A stretch of DNA of 61,658 nt, filler included, from 5 parts of 5 records of this genome joined end to end with filler, not necessarily neighbours in it; one strand, 5' to 3'; counted from the first letter of the whole stretch, positions 10,098-21,549 are shown. Translations and numbers: made by a program. Notes: generated by a model not told the origin, from the letters alone.

Positions 10098-11495
10098 GTG
10101 GCCTTGTACGCACCATTGAGATCCTATTATTCCTTTATTTGCGCGCTTTGCGTTGCTCTGTTGTTGGCCGCCGCCGTACCGGCTCGGGCGGCGTTGCCCG
10201 TGGCGCAGGGGGAATCGTTGCCGACGCTTGCGCCGATGTTGGAAAAAACCGCGCCGGCGGTGGTGAACATCGCCATCGAGATGCGGGTGCGGACCGCCCG
10301 CAATCCGCTGCTGGAGGATCCGTTCTTCCGTCGCTTTTTCAATATTCCCGAACAGCAGCAGCCTTCCACCCGGCGTGCCATCAGCGCCGGCTCCGGCGTT
10401 ATTGTCGACGCCAAGCAAGGCTACGTGCTGACCAACGCCCATGTGGCCAAGAACGCGGATAAAATCGAAGTGACTCTCACCGATGGCCGCGAACTGAGCG
10501 CGGAACTGGTGGGACTGGATGAGGAAGTGGATCTGGCGGTGCTCAAGCTGGACAAGACCGATGATCTGACCCAGATCCGGATCGGCGACTCCACCGGGTT
10601 GCGGGTGGGGGATTATGTTCTGGCCATCGGCAACCCATTTGGTTTGGGCCAGACCGTGACCTCCGGCATCGTCTCCGCGCTGGGCAGGACCGGCCTGGGC
10701 ATTGAAGGCTACGAGAACTTCATTCAAACCGACGCCTCCATCAACCCCGGCAATTCCGGCGGTGCGCTGGTCAACCTGCGTGGCGAACTGGTCGGTATTA
10801 ACACGGCAATCCTGGCGCCTTCCGGAGGGAACGTCGGTATCGGTTTCGCCATTCCCACGGAGATGGCGGTGAATGTGATGGAGCAGTTGATCGAGCATGG
10901 CGAGGTACGACGTGGCGTGCTGGGCGTGACGATCCAGGATCTGACACCGGAGCTGGCGGATGCCTTCCAGGTGAAACAACGGCAGCGTGGCGTGGTGGTC
11001 ACCAATGTGGTGGAAGACAGCGCCGCGGATAAAGCCGGTCTCAAGGCCGGTGACGTGGTGGTGGAAGTGGATGGCCAGGCGGTGACCCGGGCGGCGGATT
11101 TGCGTAACAAGGTCGGGTTGTCGCCGGTGGGCGAAAAAGTGCGGCTCAACATTATTCGCGATGGCCGTAAGCGCGAAGTCGTGGCGGTCATTACCGAGTC
11201 CGATCAACGCCAGTCCGGTGGCGACGCCATCTCCAAGTTCCTGCAAGGCGCCAGTCTGCGCGATCTGCGTAAAGGTGAGCTGCGGCACGCTGACAGTGGC
11301 GTACTGGTGGAAGCGGTGGAACGTAATTCCCCGGCCTGGCGTGCCGGCTTGCGTGGCGGCGATGTGATTATCAATGCCAATCGTCAGAATGTGGCCAACA
11401 TGAAGGAACTGGAGTCGGCGGTGCCCGATGCCGATGCCGCCCTGTTGTTGCGTGTCAATCGTGACGGCGGTGTATTCTTCGTGGTGGTGCGCTGA
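10098..11495 (+). CDS. degQ: HtrA/DegQ periplasmic serine endoprotease with two PDZ domains
   Basis: Signal peptide, TNAHV (His), DLAVL (Asp), INPGNSGG (Ser) and two PDZ repeats. The exact start is uncertain. Confidence 0.88.
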   Translation: MALYAPLRSYYSFICALCVALLLAAAVPARAALPVAQGESLPTLAPMLEKTAPAVVNIAIEMRVRTARNPLLEDPFFRRFFNIPEQQQPSTRRAISAGSGVIVDAKQGYVLTNAHVAKNADKIEVTLTDGRELSAELVGLDEEVDLAVLKLDKTDDLTQIRIGDSTGLRVGDYVLAIGNPFGLGQTVTSGIVSALGRTGLGIEGYENFIQTDASINPGNSGGALVNLRGELVGINTAILAPSGGNVGIGFAIPTEMAVNVMEQLIEHGEVRRGVLGVTIQDLTPELADAFQVKQRQRGVVVTNVVEDSAADKAGLKAGDVVVEVDGQAVTRAADLRNKVGLSPVGEKVRLNIIRDGRKREVVAVITESDQRQSGGDAISKFLQGASLRDLRKGELRHADSGVLVEAVERNSPAWRAGLRGGDVIINANRQNVANMKELESAVPDADAALLLRVNRDGGVFFVVVR

Positions 11496-11524
11496 TCCAG
11501 GTAAATCCTGACACGGGCGTATAA

Positions 11525-11550
11525 GGCTGTCCCACAAGGGTGGGACAGCC
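11525..11550. terminator. Hairpin between convergent degQ and beta-helix gene
   Basis: GGCTGTCCCAC-AAGG-GTGGGACAGCC, a perfect 11-bp stem with no clear T tract. Confidence 0.55.
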
Positions 11551-11564
11551 GGGCCCGGTCTTCG

Positions 11565-13154
11565 CTAACGGGCCGGAAACGCAGTCCAGCGATCCAGCCA
11601 GGTGGCACTGGCGCCGGGCCGCACCGCGCCGAGGTAGTTGGCCGCTTCGTCCCAGAATTCGCCTTGAGGTACTGGTACCGCGCCGCGCGCCGCTGGTGAG
11701 CGCAGAGCCGGCGTGGCATTGGGATGATACGGATTGATCGCATCCTGATTGAAGCGCGGGTCCTCATCGAAACGGACGCTGCTCAATCCCCGGAAAAAGG
11801 CGTCTTCGTCGAAGCCGTTGTCGTCGTCCGCGTCTTCTTGCTCCGCTTCGAAATAACTCAGGCCGCGCGGGCCAATGCCATGCATCAGCACGCCTTGAAA
11901 ATCCAGCGCGCCGGTATCCAGATTCGCCACCGTGGCACCATCGCGCAGATCGATGGCTTCGCCGGAAAAGCCGCTGATTAACAGATTGTGGAAATGGCCT
12001 CCGGTGCCTTCGCGCAGGGTCATGGCACGATGATGGCGGGTGCTGCTGCGCGGTGACACCAGAGTGATGTTGTACATGATCGGTTCGGAGCGGGGGCGTG
12101 CCTGGTGATGAGCGCCGTTGTTGTCCGCTTCGAAGGCGTTGTCGCCGGTATCCTCGTGCTGTTGTATCAGCAGGAACTGCACTCTGCCGCGCCAGCCCAG
12201 ATCCCAATCAAGCCCGTCGTCGCCGGCACCGGTAATAACGATGTGACGTAGATCGACGTTGCCGCCAAACACTTCCACGCCATCGTCCAGGGACCGGTGC
12301 ACCTGCACATGGCGGACGATGGTGCCGCTGCCACAACCGCCCAGGGTGAGTCCGTTCAGTTCATTGTTGGCATAAACCTCGAAGCCGGCGAACTCGATCC
12401 GGGCGTACTCCAGTACGCCGCAACTGCCTTGCGGGTTCTGCCCGCCATAGGCGCCGAGCGGATCGCCGGCATCAATGCCTTCGATTTGAGCGTCGGGTTC
12501 GTTGACCGGAGCGTCCCCCAGCAAGACCAGCCCGCCCCAATCGCCGGCGGTTCTTTTCCCTTCAGGCTGGCTGCTGGTGAAAACGATTGGGGCATCCTCG
12601 CGGCCGGCGGCGTGGAGACGGGCTCCGCGAGTGACGACCAGCGCCGAGTCGGCGCGGCCGAGAATGCGGGCGCCCGGCTCGATGGTCAGGCGCACGCCGG
12701 GCATTACGTACACCACGTCCCCCAGTACCCAATCACGGTCGGCGCTCCAGGTCTGGTCCTGGTCGATCACCCCGGTTACTACCTGGTCGCCTTGCAGGTA
12801 GGGCAGAGCCAGCCACCAGAATAGCAGCAGGCACAGCGACAAGGTGCCAATGACCAGAGGCCATGCCAGCCGCCGGTAAGCGAAGCGGGAAGAACCCGTG
12901 GAGGCCGCTTGGGGACGGGCGCTATTGGCCGCGTCGGCGTGGTCAAGGCGCGCCAGTTCTTCTCCCAGATGACGGATATGGCTGTGCGGGCTGTGACATG
13001 CCCGTTCGATAATTTCCGCCCGGTAGCGGGCGTCGTTCAGCAAGGTGTTGAAATGAATGAAGCCAAGACCTGTATCCCCGGCACGGTCGTAGTTTTGCTT
13101 TAACTGCCAAAGCAATTCCACCAGACGCGCGCGAGCCGGCGTGTCGTCGCCCAT
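11565..13154 (-). CDS. Hypothetical membrane-anchored protein: N-terminal helical domain, one TM helix, acidic right-handed beta-helix domain
   Basis: ATG 13154 follows GGGGG. TM segment LAWPLVIGTLSLCLLLFWWLALP. Motifs LTIEPG, PIVFTS, GDWGGLVLLG, NELNGLTLGG, DDGVEVFGG, GDDGLDWD. Confidence 0.75.
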   Translation of the reverse strand: MGDDTPARARLVELLWQLKQNYDRAGDTGLGFIHFNTLLNDARYRAEIIERACHSPHSHIRHLGEELARLDHADAANSARPQAASTGSSRFAYRRLAWPLVIGTLSLCLLLFWWLALPYLQGDQVVTGVIDQDQTWSADRDWVLGDVVYVMPGVRLTIEPGARILGRADSALVVTRGARLHAAGREDAPIVFTSSQPEGKRTAGDWGGLVLLGDAPVNEPDAQIEGIDAGDPLGAYGGQNPQGSCGVLEYARIEFAGFEVYANNELNGLTLGGCGSGTIVRHVQVHRSLDDGVEVFGGNVDLRHIVITGAGDDGLDWDLGWRGRVQFLLIQQHEDTGDNAFEADNNGAHHQARPRSEPIMYNITLVSPRSSTRHHRAMTLREGTGGHFHNLLISGFSGEAIDLRDGATVANLDTGALDFQGVLMHGIGPRGLSYFEAEQEDADDDNGFDEDAFFRGLSSVRFDEDPRFNQDAINPYHPNATPALRSPAARGAVPVPQGEFWDEAANYLGAVRPGASATWLDRWTAFPAR

Positions 13155-13329
13155 GGTAGCCCCCCAGATGTTTGTGTTTAACAACCCAAAGGTGCCAGTG
13201 TGGAAGTGAAAAATGACAGTCGTGCTAAGGGGGGAGGTCTCCATCGGGGCCACGGGTCTGGACAGACCCGCTTCGAGGGAACCGTCGCGCTTCGGGCTTC
13301 AGCAATGTTGATCGCTGGCACAGAATGGG

Positions 13330-13349
13330 CTACGAAGCCGCTGTGGGAG
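13330..13349 (+). repeat. REP-arm copy at contig end
   Basis: CTACGAAGCCGCTGTGGGAG is 19/20 identical to the reverse complement of 5009-5028. Confidence 0.6.
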
Positions 13350-13358
13350 ATTCTATGG

Positions 13359-13458
13359 NNNNNNNNNNNNNNNNNNNNNNNNNNNNNNNNNNNNNNNNNN
13401 NNTTAATTAATTAANNNNNNNNNNNNNNNNNNNNNNNNNNNNNNNNNNNNNNNNNNNN
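13359..13458. other. Artificial contig linker (N-run + TTAATTAATTAA + N-run)
   Basis: The same 100-nt construct occurs four times; its core has stop codons in all six frames. Confidence 0.98.
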
Positions 13459-13480
13459 AGAGAGAGAGAGAGAGAGAGAG
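13459..13480. repeat. (AG)11 microsatellite at contig start
   Basis: Read directly from the sequence. Confidence 0.95.
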
Positions 13481-13657
13481 GGTGAGTGGCCTCGGCGGCC
13501 ACACGCCACACCGCGTGGTCTGGAGTACTTGGTTGGTATTCAATACTGAGTACTACGTTTAAACTGCATTCATTTTTTGATATTGGCTAGTATAGGACTC
13601 TTTAACAATGCAGTACCAACGGAAGTACCTGGTATCTTTCAGCAGTTGGATCTTTCA

Positions 13658-13707
13658 TCTTTCATCGTTTCTGCACTCAGGGTCTTTCATCGTTTCTGCA
13701 CTCAGGG
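13658..13707. repeat. Exact 25-bp tandem duplication, followed by ACTC/CACT-rich low-complexity DNA to ~13930
   Basis: TCTTTCATCGTTTCTGCACTCAGGG occurs twice in tandem. Confidence 0.9.
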
Positions 13708-14130
13708 CTCACTCCGCCTCTCATTCTTGCTCTCACCCATGACTTCACGAACTCACACACACTCTCTCTCGCGCGCTCTCTCACTCACGAACTCACCCTC
13801 GAACTCACTCGCCCTCACACAAGCAAGAACTCACTCACAGATTCACCGCCTCAAGAACTCACCCAAGCACTCATCATCCAAGCAATTACTCAAGCACGCT
13901 CATAAACCCACGAACTCATGAACTCACTCGTCAACCAAAGCAACACAGCGCTGTCCCCAGCCAGAAGCGGTGGAGATGCTGCAGATTCCGCTGCTTCTGT
14001 TTTTTTTACTTGAGTTGAATTCGTCGATTTTTTCCGAACCGTGTCCTCCAACTGCTCTCCTTTGGCATTTTGTTTTTGATTTGTTCTGCTGGCTAGCTGG
14101 AGTCGAGCTCCTGTGGGTTGACGAAAGACG

Positions 14131-16422
14131 ATGCCGCAGGTGTTATCGAAAGCGCTCATTGTTGCCGCTGCAACAACTGTGTACTGCAAAGGACTGCTTG
14201 TGGCAGCAGATTGCCATCAATGGCCCAATACCTGCCCGGGCACGCTGCCTCGGATGCCCCAGACGTATCAAATGAATAAATCGACCATCATCATGCCATG
14301 CAACAACACAGGGTTCACTGACCCTCAGTCCACCCTCGGATGGTCAATTGTCGACTTTGATTGGTCCAATGCAAAGGCACGTACAACATAATCCAAGCCT
14401 TTGCTCGCCTCAGCTTTGTTGTGCGCCCTGTTTAAAAAGGCGCCACCTGTGTGCCAGCTCGCGTTGAAATTTTGAAATGTGCGTTGTTTTGGCATTCTAT
14501 CTTCTGTTTGAAATTCAAAAGGGGACCGGAACGGCGGATGGCTGGGCCAAACATCGTCCTATGGACGATGAGGAGCTCATGATGAAACAGGTTGACATGA
14601 CGTCCGCGGCTACTCCTGGAACGACCATATGGGTGTACCGAAACAGTGTCTACGGCTATCCTTGGCAAACTGCAGTGAGACAGATTCTTGAAGACCCAGC
14701 ATACTCGGACTGGTGGATGAAATTTAAACCTGAAGGCCCTTGGTATGCTTTGTGCATGTGGGATGGGGTAGGTGGCTTGCGTGTCGATTTGTGGCGTCGG
14801 TTTTGATGACCGTTGCAAGGGGCGTGTGGGATCGTAGGTACTCTTCTAAGTGCGACGACAACTATGACCCACCTCTTTGCAGTGACTTCTACCATAGCCA
14901 AGAGCAGAGTCCAGGTTTGTATGCGAACAAGTTTTACATTTCTTACGAGAGCGTTTTTCAAAAATGCCAAGCTTACGCAGTGCATCATGTTCATCGCTTT
15001 GTATCAATCTATCGGGCGATGGTTGGTCCCAGGTTACCCACATGGAGACGGGGATTGCGCAGCCCCAGGCTGCGACTGTGGCAAAGTGCCGTGTGGGTTC
15101 TACGTGTGGAACCACTCGAGTACGTCTCTGCCTCAGACGCGCACCCATCAACCCCACCAGGCAGACATTCAAAACTCGTCACATTCATTGGGCACTTGTC
15201 TGTTTGGTTTCAGGCACAACGGTGGTAAAAAATCAAACTTTTCAAGACTGGTTTATCAACAGCTACGTCTTGGGTATGGCGGGCGCTTCTGGCAGTGTTT
15301 CTGGATTTTTGTGAGTGCTCTTGGCTTGGTTTTTTTGGCTCGCAAGTTTTTGCATGTATGGCCACTGACTGTTTGCTGTCTTGCACAGTTTGGATGACGT
15401 GTGGAATCCACAGTGTCAAATTCATGATCAAGTTCCACAGACTTGTGAAGACATGGGCCTGACACAGGACGATCTGAACGCATTGACCAAATCGTACGGT
15501 TGTACTTGCTGTCCTGCACTCAAACTTTCTGAAGAATGGGGTGCTAACTTGCGCCAACTGTGTGCAGATACCTTGACAACATGAGCGCACTGCGCGAAGC
15601 CATTCTTGCGGCCGGCAAGTTTGCTTGGCAAATGCTGTGGACAGGTGGACCTGATGACAACATCGGCAGCACGGGTATGCGTGGTCTACTTTGTGCGACG
15701 CGAGCATTTTTGCGTGCTCCCGGGCTTGATTTTGCAGGTACTCAGTACGGATCGGCTTTCTGTGCATCGTTGCAGGTCCACGCCCGCTGGTGCAACAAGC
15801 CACGTGTGCGGAAAACTTGCGCCAGCTGTGCAACGCAACGGGTCCAGCGCAGACACGCGCCATGATGTACGGTTTCAACGCACCAAAGGGACCGCACGAC
15901 ATGCCAGACTTTGAACAAGACCTTGCAAACTTTCTCTTAATCCGTGGGCCATACGGCTGGCTAGGGCATGGCTGGAAGGTATTAGCTACTCACTGGCATT
16001 TGGAACCGATAGACACGTGTCCAATCGCGTAACACTCACTTCGTGCATTGAATATACTGACAGGGTTGCTCTCAAGAATACGTGTTTCGGGAAGAATTGA
16101 ACACCGATTACGGTGAACCCACTGGTGAGCGACTACAGTGCTTCGGTCTTCACCTATCACCGGTGCTTGCGATGCATGTTCGCAATAGCAACCTATTATG
16201 TGCTGCAATCTGGCGCTGAATTATAAAAAGGTGTCTGCGCTGAAACTGCTCCCAACAGCAGTATCTTCGTCCGGGAGTTTTCAAAGTCAACCGTGCAGGT
16301 GCGTGCAGCAGATACGATTGCGCCGGACTTGCCTTGTCCTCACGCTCAAACGTTCGTATTTATTTCTTGGCACTTCGTAGATGGATTGCAGCAAATGGGA
16401 GGCGACAATTACATTAAGGTAA
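14131..16422 (+). CDS. Eukaryotic spliced gene (~11 exons) for a secreted Cys/Trp-rich protein, possibly glycoside-hydrolase-like
   Basis: Manually joined exons (approx. 14131-14376, 14522-14742, 14838-14914, 15033-15119, 15213-15310, 15389-15493, 15569-15674, 15776-15978, 16064-16124, 16231-16298, 16381-16422) give one continuous frame: signal peptide...VDFDWSNAK|GTGTADGWAK...WVYRNSV...CDCGKVPCGFY...GFFLDDVW...FLLIRGPYGWLGHGWK|GC...DYGEPTG|VCAETAP...MDCSKWEATITLR*. Introns are GT/GC-AG and ~75-145 nt. Confidence 0.75.
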
Positions 16423-16539
16423 CTGACCCTGTTGGTCTCAGTGTGCCGCAAAGCACACTCTGAACGCAAACGGTGCTGGCTGTTCATCCTTCAAGAGACA
16501 GCACGATGTATGGAGCCGCAAATGTAGACATCGCTCTAA

Positions 16540-19500
16540 GTTAACGTCGGGCGACTTCCCAAGTCCTGTTCAATGCAAACTACCGCCTCGTAGCTTTTGC
16601 AATGCGCTGTAAATGCACGCCTCGCAAGTACCGCAAGGCCTGTGGGGAAGCAACGCTGGGATCTTCCAGCTTCGTGGAGGATGACATCTTCGACTCAACG
16701 TCGAAGCCTGCGTCAAGGACGTTTTCAAGGGGAATTTCCGAAGTCAAAAGCCATTCCTGCGATTGCATATCCATTGTCAATTGTCAATGCCGATCATGAA
16801 ATGAATTGAAAGCAGTTGAACGTTCACAACACAAGCGCTGCAAAACGAGGAAAGAACCTTTTGTTGCAGAGCAAGCTTTGCAAGCCCTTGCGAAGAAATA
16901 CCGCCACGGGTGTCAATTGAGCTATCTTGGAAGAGAACATCGCAAGTCGTTGCAATGACTGTGTCCAAGGATGGGCGCTGCGTGATGTCCCAATCAAGCA
17001 TTTGCTGCACGAGACACCGAAGGGCCTGGGTGGCGACATCGATCATGAACAGCACGTCAGGTGGGCAAGAACTTGGGACAACAGCTGCCTTGATTATCGG
17101 AAAAATGCTGCATCACAAGAAGTTCCGCAACACCAGCGGAATTTGAAACCATGGCAATGCAATACGTGCCGGAGCGATGGTGCGGGGCAGCATCGGGACA
17201 TTGTCAACGGAGTGAGGGCGGGCGTCAAAGTCTTTCCGCGCAGCGAACCGTTGTGCAGGTTTGTCTCCCCCCTGTTTCCACAGCAACAGAGCTAAGCTAC
17301 GAGCACGCTCACACTCGTAAACGCGCACTCGCGTGAAACATAAAATGCCACGCACCAGCCGCAAAATCATTTGGCCAAGCTTGAAGACGTCCGAGGACAC
17401 GAAGGCGCCATCCGACTGAGCAGTCGTGCTGCTGTGAGATGCCTTTTCATTCACACCAGACACATACCACACGGGCATCAATGCGCGCAAGAGCAAGGTA
17501 GCCCCCCCCCCCAACAGGCATGTCGCGACAGCGCATCGCCGGCATGTCATCAAAAGCAACAAACCATGTTAAATCCTCCAATTTTGAGAAATCCAGATGG
17601 AGTAACGAAGACGTGATTTTCATGCACGTCGTTGTGCTGGACGCCAAAAGTGTCCTGCAAGTACGACAGACCCAGGCAAACTTGCGATAGAATGCTCGCA
17701 ACATCGCGGGAGTTCAAGCGCCGGGGGAGTGATTCTAGTGAGCTCAGCACTGATCCATAAAATTGCACGACAGTGTACCTAGTAAAAAATGGTTCAGGAA
17801 ACTTACAACGACAACATGCTTCTCTTCTGCGAGTGACAAGAAAGTGTATCCTCGAACTCAAGCAGTCATGGTTTGAAACGCACTCCACGTTGTCTGGGAT
17901 GCTTTCGGAGTTTTTCACCCATGGGCGAATCAATGCAGACGATCCACGGAATCGATGCAGTACTCCCAGAACATTTGGATGCATGCCGTGCGTGTACTGA
18001 TACGGCTGTTTCGCATTCGTTTCCACGTTCCACAAATCCACATTCAACCAGCACAATAAAGCCAATGAGCTTCGCCAATGAGAGTGTGGCCTGAGGAAGG
18101 GCAAACACAAGACCGTGTGGACACGCTCCCCCACCCTACCTAACACGTACCTGGTCCGGCAGTATTCCACGGAGCACTACTTGTTGGCCGTGGCGATCTA
18201 TGGCCCGAAAAGCAACCCCATTATTTCCCTTAACAACTCCCGAGTCTGCGTCAAAGTTAATTGGCTGTATCCGCCCAGTTTGCGGTGAGCAGGACGAAGA
18301 GTCGGCATTCGATTTCGTCATGCGTGGGCCAACCAGCTTGTAGAAAGGCGTCCTTTCCATTTTCTTTGGAGACAAAAGTTCGATGCTGGACTGCAGCATC
18401 GTCAACATGATGCATGGCACAATGAATCACAAGTGAAACATCAAGTTTGCGGGAAGAAGCCAGTGCTGAAAGAATTTGCACGCACCGGGGTCCACGTCTT
18501 GCCAACCGGCGCAGTGGCGGTAACTGGATACAGCCTCGCACTTTCCACACCGAGCATGTGCGACAGAAAGTCAACCACCGATGCCGACGAGGAACCGGAG
18601 CCCGAGTAATGACGCCCCACCACTTCGGTTACAGTGTCGAGTGATGCTTGGTGCAACCGTTCGCGTTGAGCAACGCAGAGCTGCAGATCAAAGATTGCTT
18701 TGGACTTCAAACAACGTTCAAAGGAGCAACCACACACACAACAAGAAGCGGTTGCGAAGCAAATTAAATTGCCTGTTGTAGTCAGGACGAACACAGCACC
18801 AATTAATTGCTGCGTAATGTGGTTGCTGGAGCATCGTACCTGATCCGCTCGCAGTTGCTGCAGCTGCTGCACTTCAAGCTGCTGCGCTTCAGCACGTTGT
18901 TGCGCCTCAACAAGCATTGCTCTGAGCCCTTGGACTTCTGCTTTTTCGCGGCTAAGTTTTCCCTTCAGTTGGTTCACAGCCCGTTGCTCGCGGTGCTGCC
19001 AGTAAACAGGACAGCGCAATAAACACACACCGGTCAAAGACAACATGCGACGGACGAGTTGGTAAGTTGCAGGACCGCAATCATGTGACAATGAATACTC
19101 AGAACAACACGAAAAAAACGCAAAAAGAGAGGTAGCGCCAGCATCGGACACAACGCCAGCTTCGCATGTCACAACCCACGCACCAGGGCAACCTCGAGCG
19201 CAGCGCGCGCTGTTCGTGCACTGGCACCTTCGCTTGCTGCGGACAACGTGGGCGACGAACCATCTTTCGAATTGGTCGAGGACTTCCCACTTTGGATGTC
19301 GTCTTCAAGCGCCAGCACTACCCCAAGAATGGCAGCATCAGAGGCCAGCTCCTCGACGCCGCAACCTGAGTGGTGGGCCAAAGACAATGCGGCCGAGCGA
19401 GCGCCAGGCTGCTGCAGTATCCATTCAAAGCATTTCAGCGAGCCCCGAATCGCCGCGTAGTGCGCGCACAGGCAACGGCGTCCTTCCTCAATGGCGCGCA

Positions 19501-19995
19501 GAGACCCGCGGCGCACTTTTCCCCCAGCATTCGCTGCTCCAGCAGCGGAGCTGTGGCTGAATTCCGACCCACCGCCTCTACCGCCACCACTCGCGGCGGC
19601 ACCCGCGGCAATATCCGCATCAACGAGCGTCGTGTCTTGATCGTCGTCTGCTTTCGAGCTGGGCAGAACCCCATCCAAGAACTGCACGCGGAACACCATG
19701 AACCCGTCGGCTGCTGGACCTTCGAGGAGGTACCCCGCGTCGTAGTCGGCGTCGTACGCGAGCATGTAGGGCGTCTGACGCCCAACGTCGAGAGCCGCGG
19801 ATTCCACCGCGAGAGACAGCGCTGTGGGATCGTCTTCATCGATGGCGATCTGCAAGGCTCTCATGGCATGCGCATCGAGCTGCTTGTGAGTGTCCATGAG
19901 CGCAGACTGGCGAGTTCGCTTTCGGTCACTCTCACACAGAGCGTCACGAACGGCCGCGCGCTCGCTCAACAACAACGACGACGACGACGACGACG
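16540..19995 (-). CDS. Eukaryotic spliced gene: ankyrin-like region, coiled coil, degenerate protein kinase domain (boundaries approximate, probably 5' truncated)
   Basis: Fragments in order: CAHYAAIRGSLKCFEWIL (ankyrin-like), Q/E-rich coiled coil, KGNNGVAF...VVLRG, HPNVLGV, LSQVCLGLSYLQ...HNDVHENHVF...LKIGGF, SDVFKLG, QMLDWDITQRPS. These are separated by short GT-AG introns. Confidence 0.65.
19967..19995. repeat. (CAA)3(CGA)n trinucleotide repeat at contig end
   Basis: Read directly from the sequence. Confidence 0.9.
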
Positions 19996-20095
19996 NNNNN
20001 NNNNNNNNNNNNNNNNNNNNNNNNNNNNNNNNNNNNNNNTTAATTAATTAANNNNNNNNNNNNNNNNNNNNNNNNNNNNNNNNNNNNNNNNNNNN
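19996..20095. other. Artificial contig linker
   Basis: N-run + TTAATTAATTAA + N-run. Confidence 0.98.
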
Positions 20096-20602
20096 ATCAA
20101 ACTTGGTCGCCAGCATGGCGTTGATAAAGCCACCCAGAGAGAACAATGCCGATGTGAGAATCACCGTGATAACCACCATCAGCAGGTTATGGATACTTAA
20201 CTGAGTGAATGCCAGCGACAGCAAGGTGACGATCAGGCCGATACTCAGGCCTCGGGCCATACCACCAGCCACATAGCCCGCCAGGATGGTCCAGTTCGGC
20301 ACCGGCGACACCAGCAATTCCTCAATACTGCGCTGGAACTTCATAGAGAAAAACGACGACACCACATTGGAGTAGGAATTGGTGATCACCGCCATCATGA
20401 TCAGGCCCGGCACAATGAACTGCATATAGTCGTAGCCGCCCATTTCACCGATGCGGGAACCAATCAGGTTGCCAAAAATAATAAAATACAGCGTCATCGT
20501 GACGGCCGGCGGCAACAGCGTCTGCGGCCAGATCCGGGTAAAGCGCCGAACCTCGCGGGTAACGATGGTTGTAAAGGCTGTCCACAGTGCTTGTGGTGTC
20601 AT
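20096..20602 (-). CDS. yadH: ABC-2 type permease, YadH-like (3' truncated)
   Basis: REVRRFTRIWPQTLLPP, FIVPGLIMMAVITNSYSNVVSSFF, IEELLVSP. Confidence 0.85.
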
Positions 20603-21549
20603 GCTGTCACCTCGCTGGCTTTCTCTGCCTCCCGGGCATTCTCCTCAACCATGCGAACGAACAGCTCTTCCAGCCGGTTGGCCTTGGTTCGCATGCTCAG
20701 CACACGAATACCCAGATTCTCCAGTTCGATAAACAGAGCGTTCAACCCCTGTCCCTTGGCAACTTCCACCTCAAGCGCACCATCGTCATCCAGGCTGGCT
20801 TTGAATGCAGTCAGCTCAGGGGCTTTTTCTAACGGCTGCTCGGTATCCAGTACAAAGGTTTCTACACTGAGCTGTTGCAGCAGTTCCCGCTTGCTGGTGT
20901 GCCGGATGATTTCCCCATGATCAATAATGGCAATGTTGCGGCACAGGGCTTCCGCCTCCTCCAGATAGTGGGTGGTCAGAATGATGGTAGTCCCCTGACG
21001 ATTCATCTCCTCCAGGAATTGCCACATGGAGCGACGCAATTCGATATCCACACCGGCCGTCGGCTCATCAAGAATCAGCAATCTGGGCTCATGTACCAGT
21101 GCCCGGGCGATCATCAGGCGGCGTTTCATACCACCGGACAACATCCTGGCCGGTGTGTTGCGCTTGTCCCAGAGCCCGAGCTTCTTCAGATACTTCTCCG
21201 CAGACACCCGTGCGGTTTTCAGGGGTATGCCGTAATAACCAGCCTGCGTGGTGACGATATCTTCCACCTTCTCGAACTGGTTAAAATTGAATTCCTGTGG
21301 AACCACACCCAGGGAGAGCTTGGCGCTTGAGAGGTCTGTATCGATATCATGGCCGAACACTCTGACCTTGCCGCCCGACTTGTTTACCAGAGAGGAAACA
21401 ATCCCAAGAGTGGTCGACTTGCCGGCCCCGTTTGGGCCCAGCAAGGCGAAAAAATCGCCTTCCCGAACGTGCAGATCAATGCCTTTGAGGGCCTGAAAAC
21501 CATCGCTGTAGTTCTTGGTCAGCCCTTCAATGTCCAGTGCGTAGGTCAT
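20599..21549 (-). CDS. yadG: ABC transporter ATP-binding protein, YadG-like
   Basis: GPNGAGKST, LSGGMKRR, LILDEPTAGVD, LTTHY, C-terminal NRLEELF. Confidence 0.88.
   Translation of the reverse strand: MTYALDIEGLTKNYSDGFQALKGIDLHVREGDFFALLGPNGAGKSTTLGIVSSLVNKSGGKVRVFGHDIDTDLSSAKLSLGVVPQEFNFNQFEKVEDIVTTQAGYYGIPLKTARVSAEKYLKKLGLWDKRNTPARMLSGGMKRRLMIARALVHEPRLLILDEPTAGVDIELRRSMWQFLEEMNRQGTTIILTTHYLEEAEALCRNIAIIDHGEIIRHTSKRELLQQLSVETFVLDTEQPLEKAPELTAFKASLDDDGALEVEVAKGQGLNALFIELENLGIRVLSMRTKANRLEELFVRMVEENAREAEKASEVTA

Noticed and set aside
13359-13458. Repeated TTAATTAATTAA within N-runs as a biological repeat or CRISPR-like element
   Set aside because: It is an identical synthetic 100-nt spacer with six-frame stops at every contig join.
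13577-14189. Short ORFs in the low-complexity start of the eukaryotic contig
   Set aside because: They are composed largely of ACTC-type repeats, and I could not build a consistent exon chain.
13459-19995. Horizontal transfer of eukaryotic genes into a bacterium
   Set aside because: The segment is bounded by artificial linkers on both sides and keeps its introns and microsatellites, so it is a separate contig.
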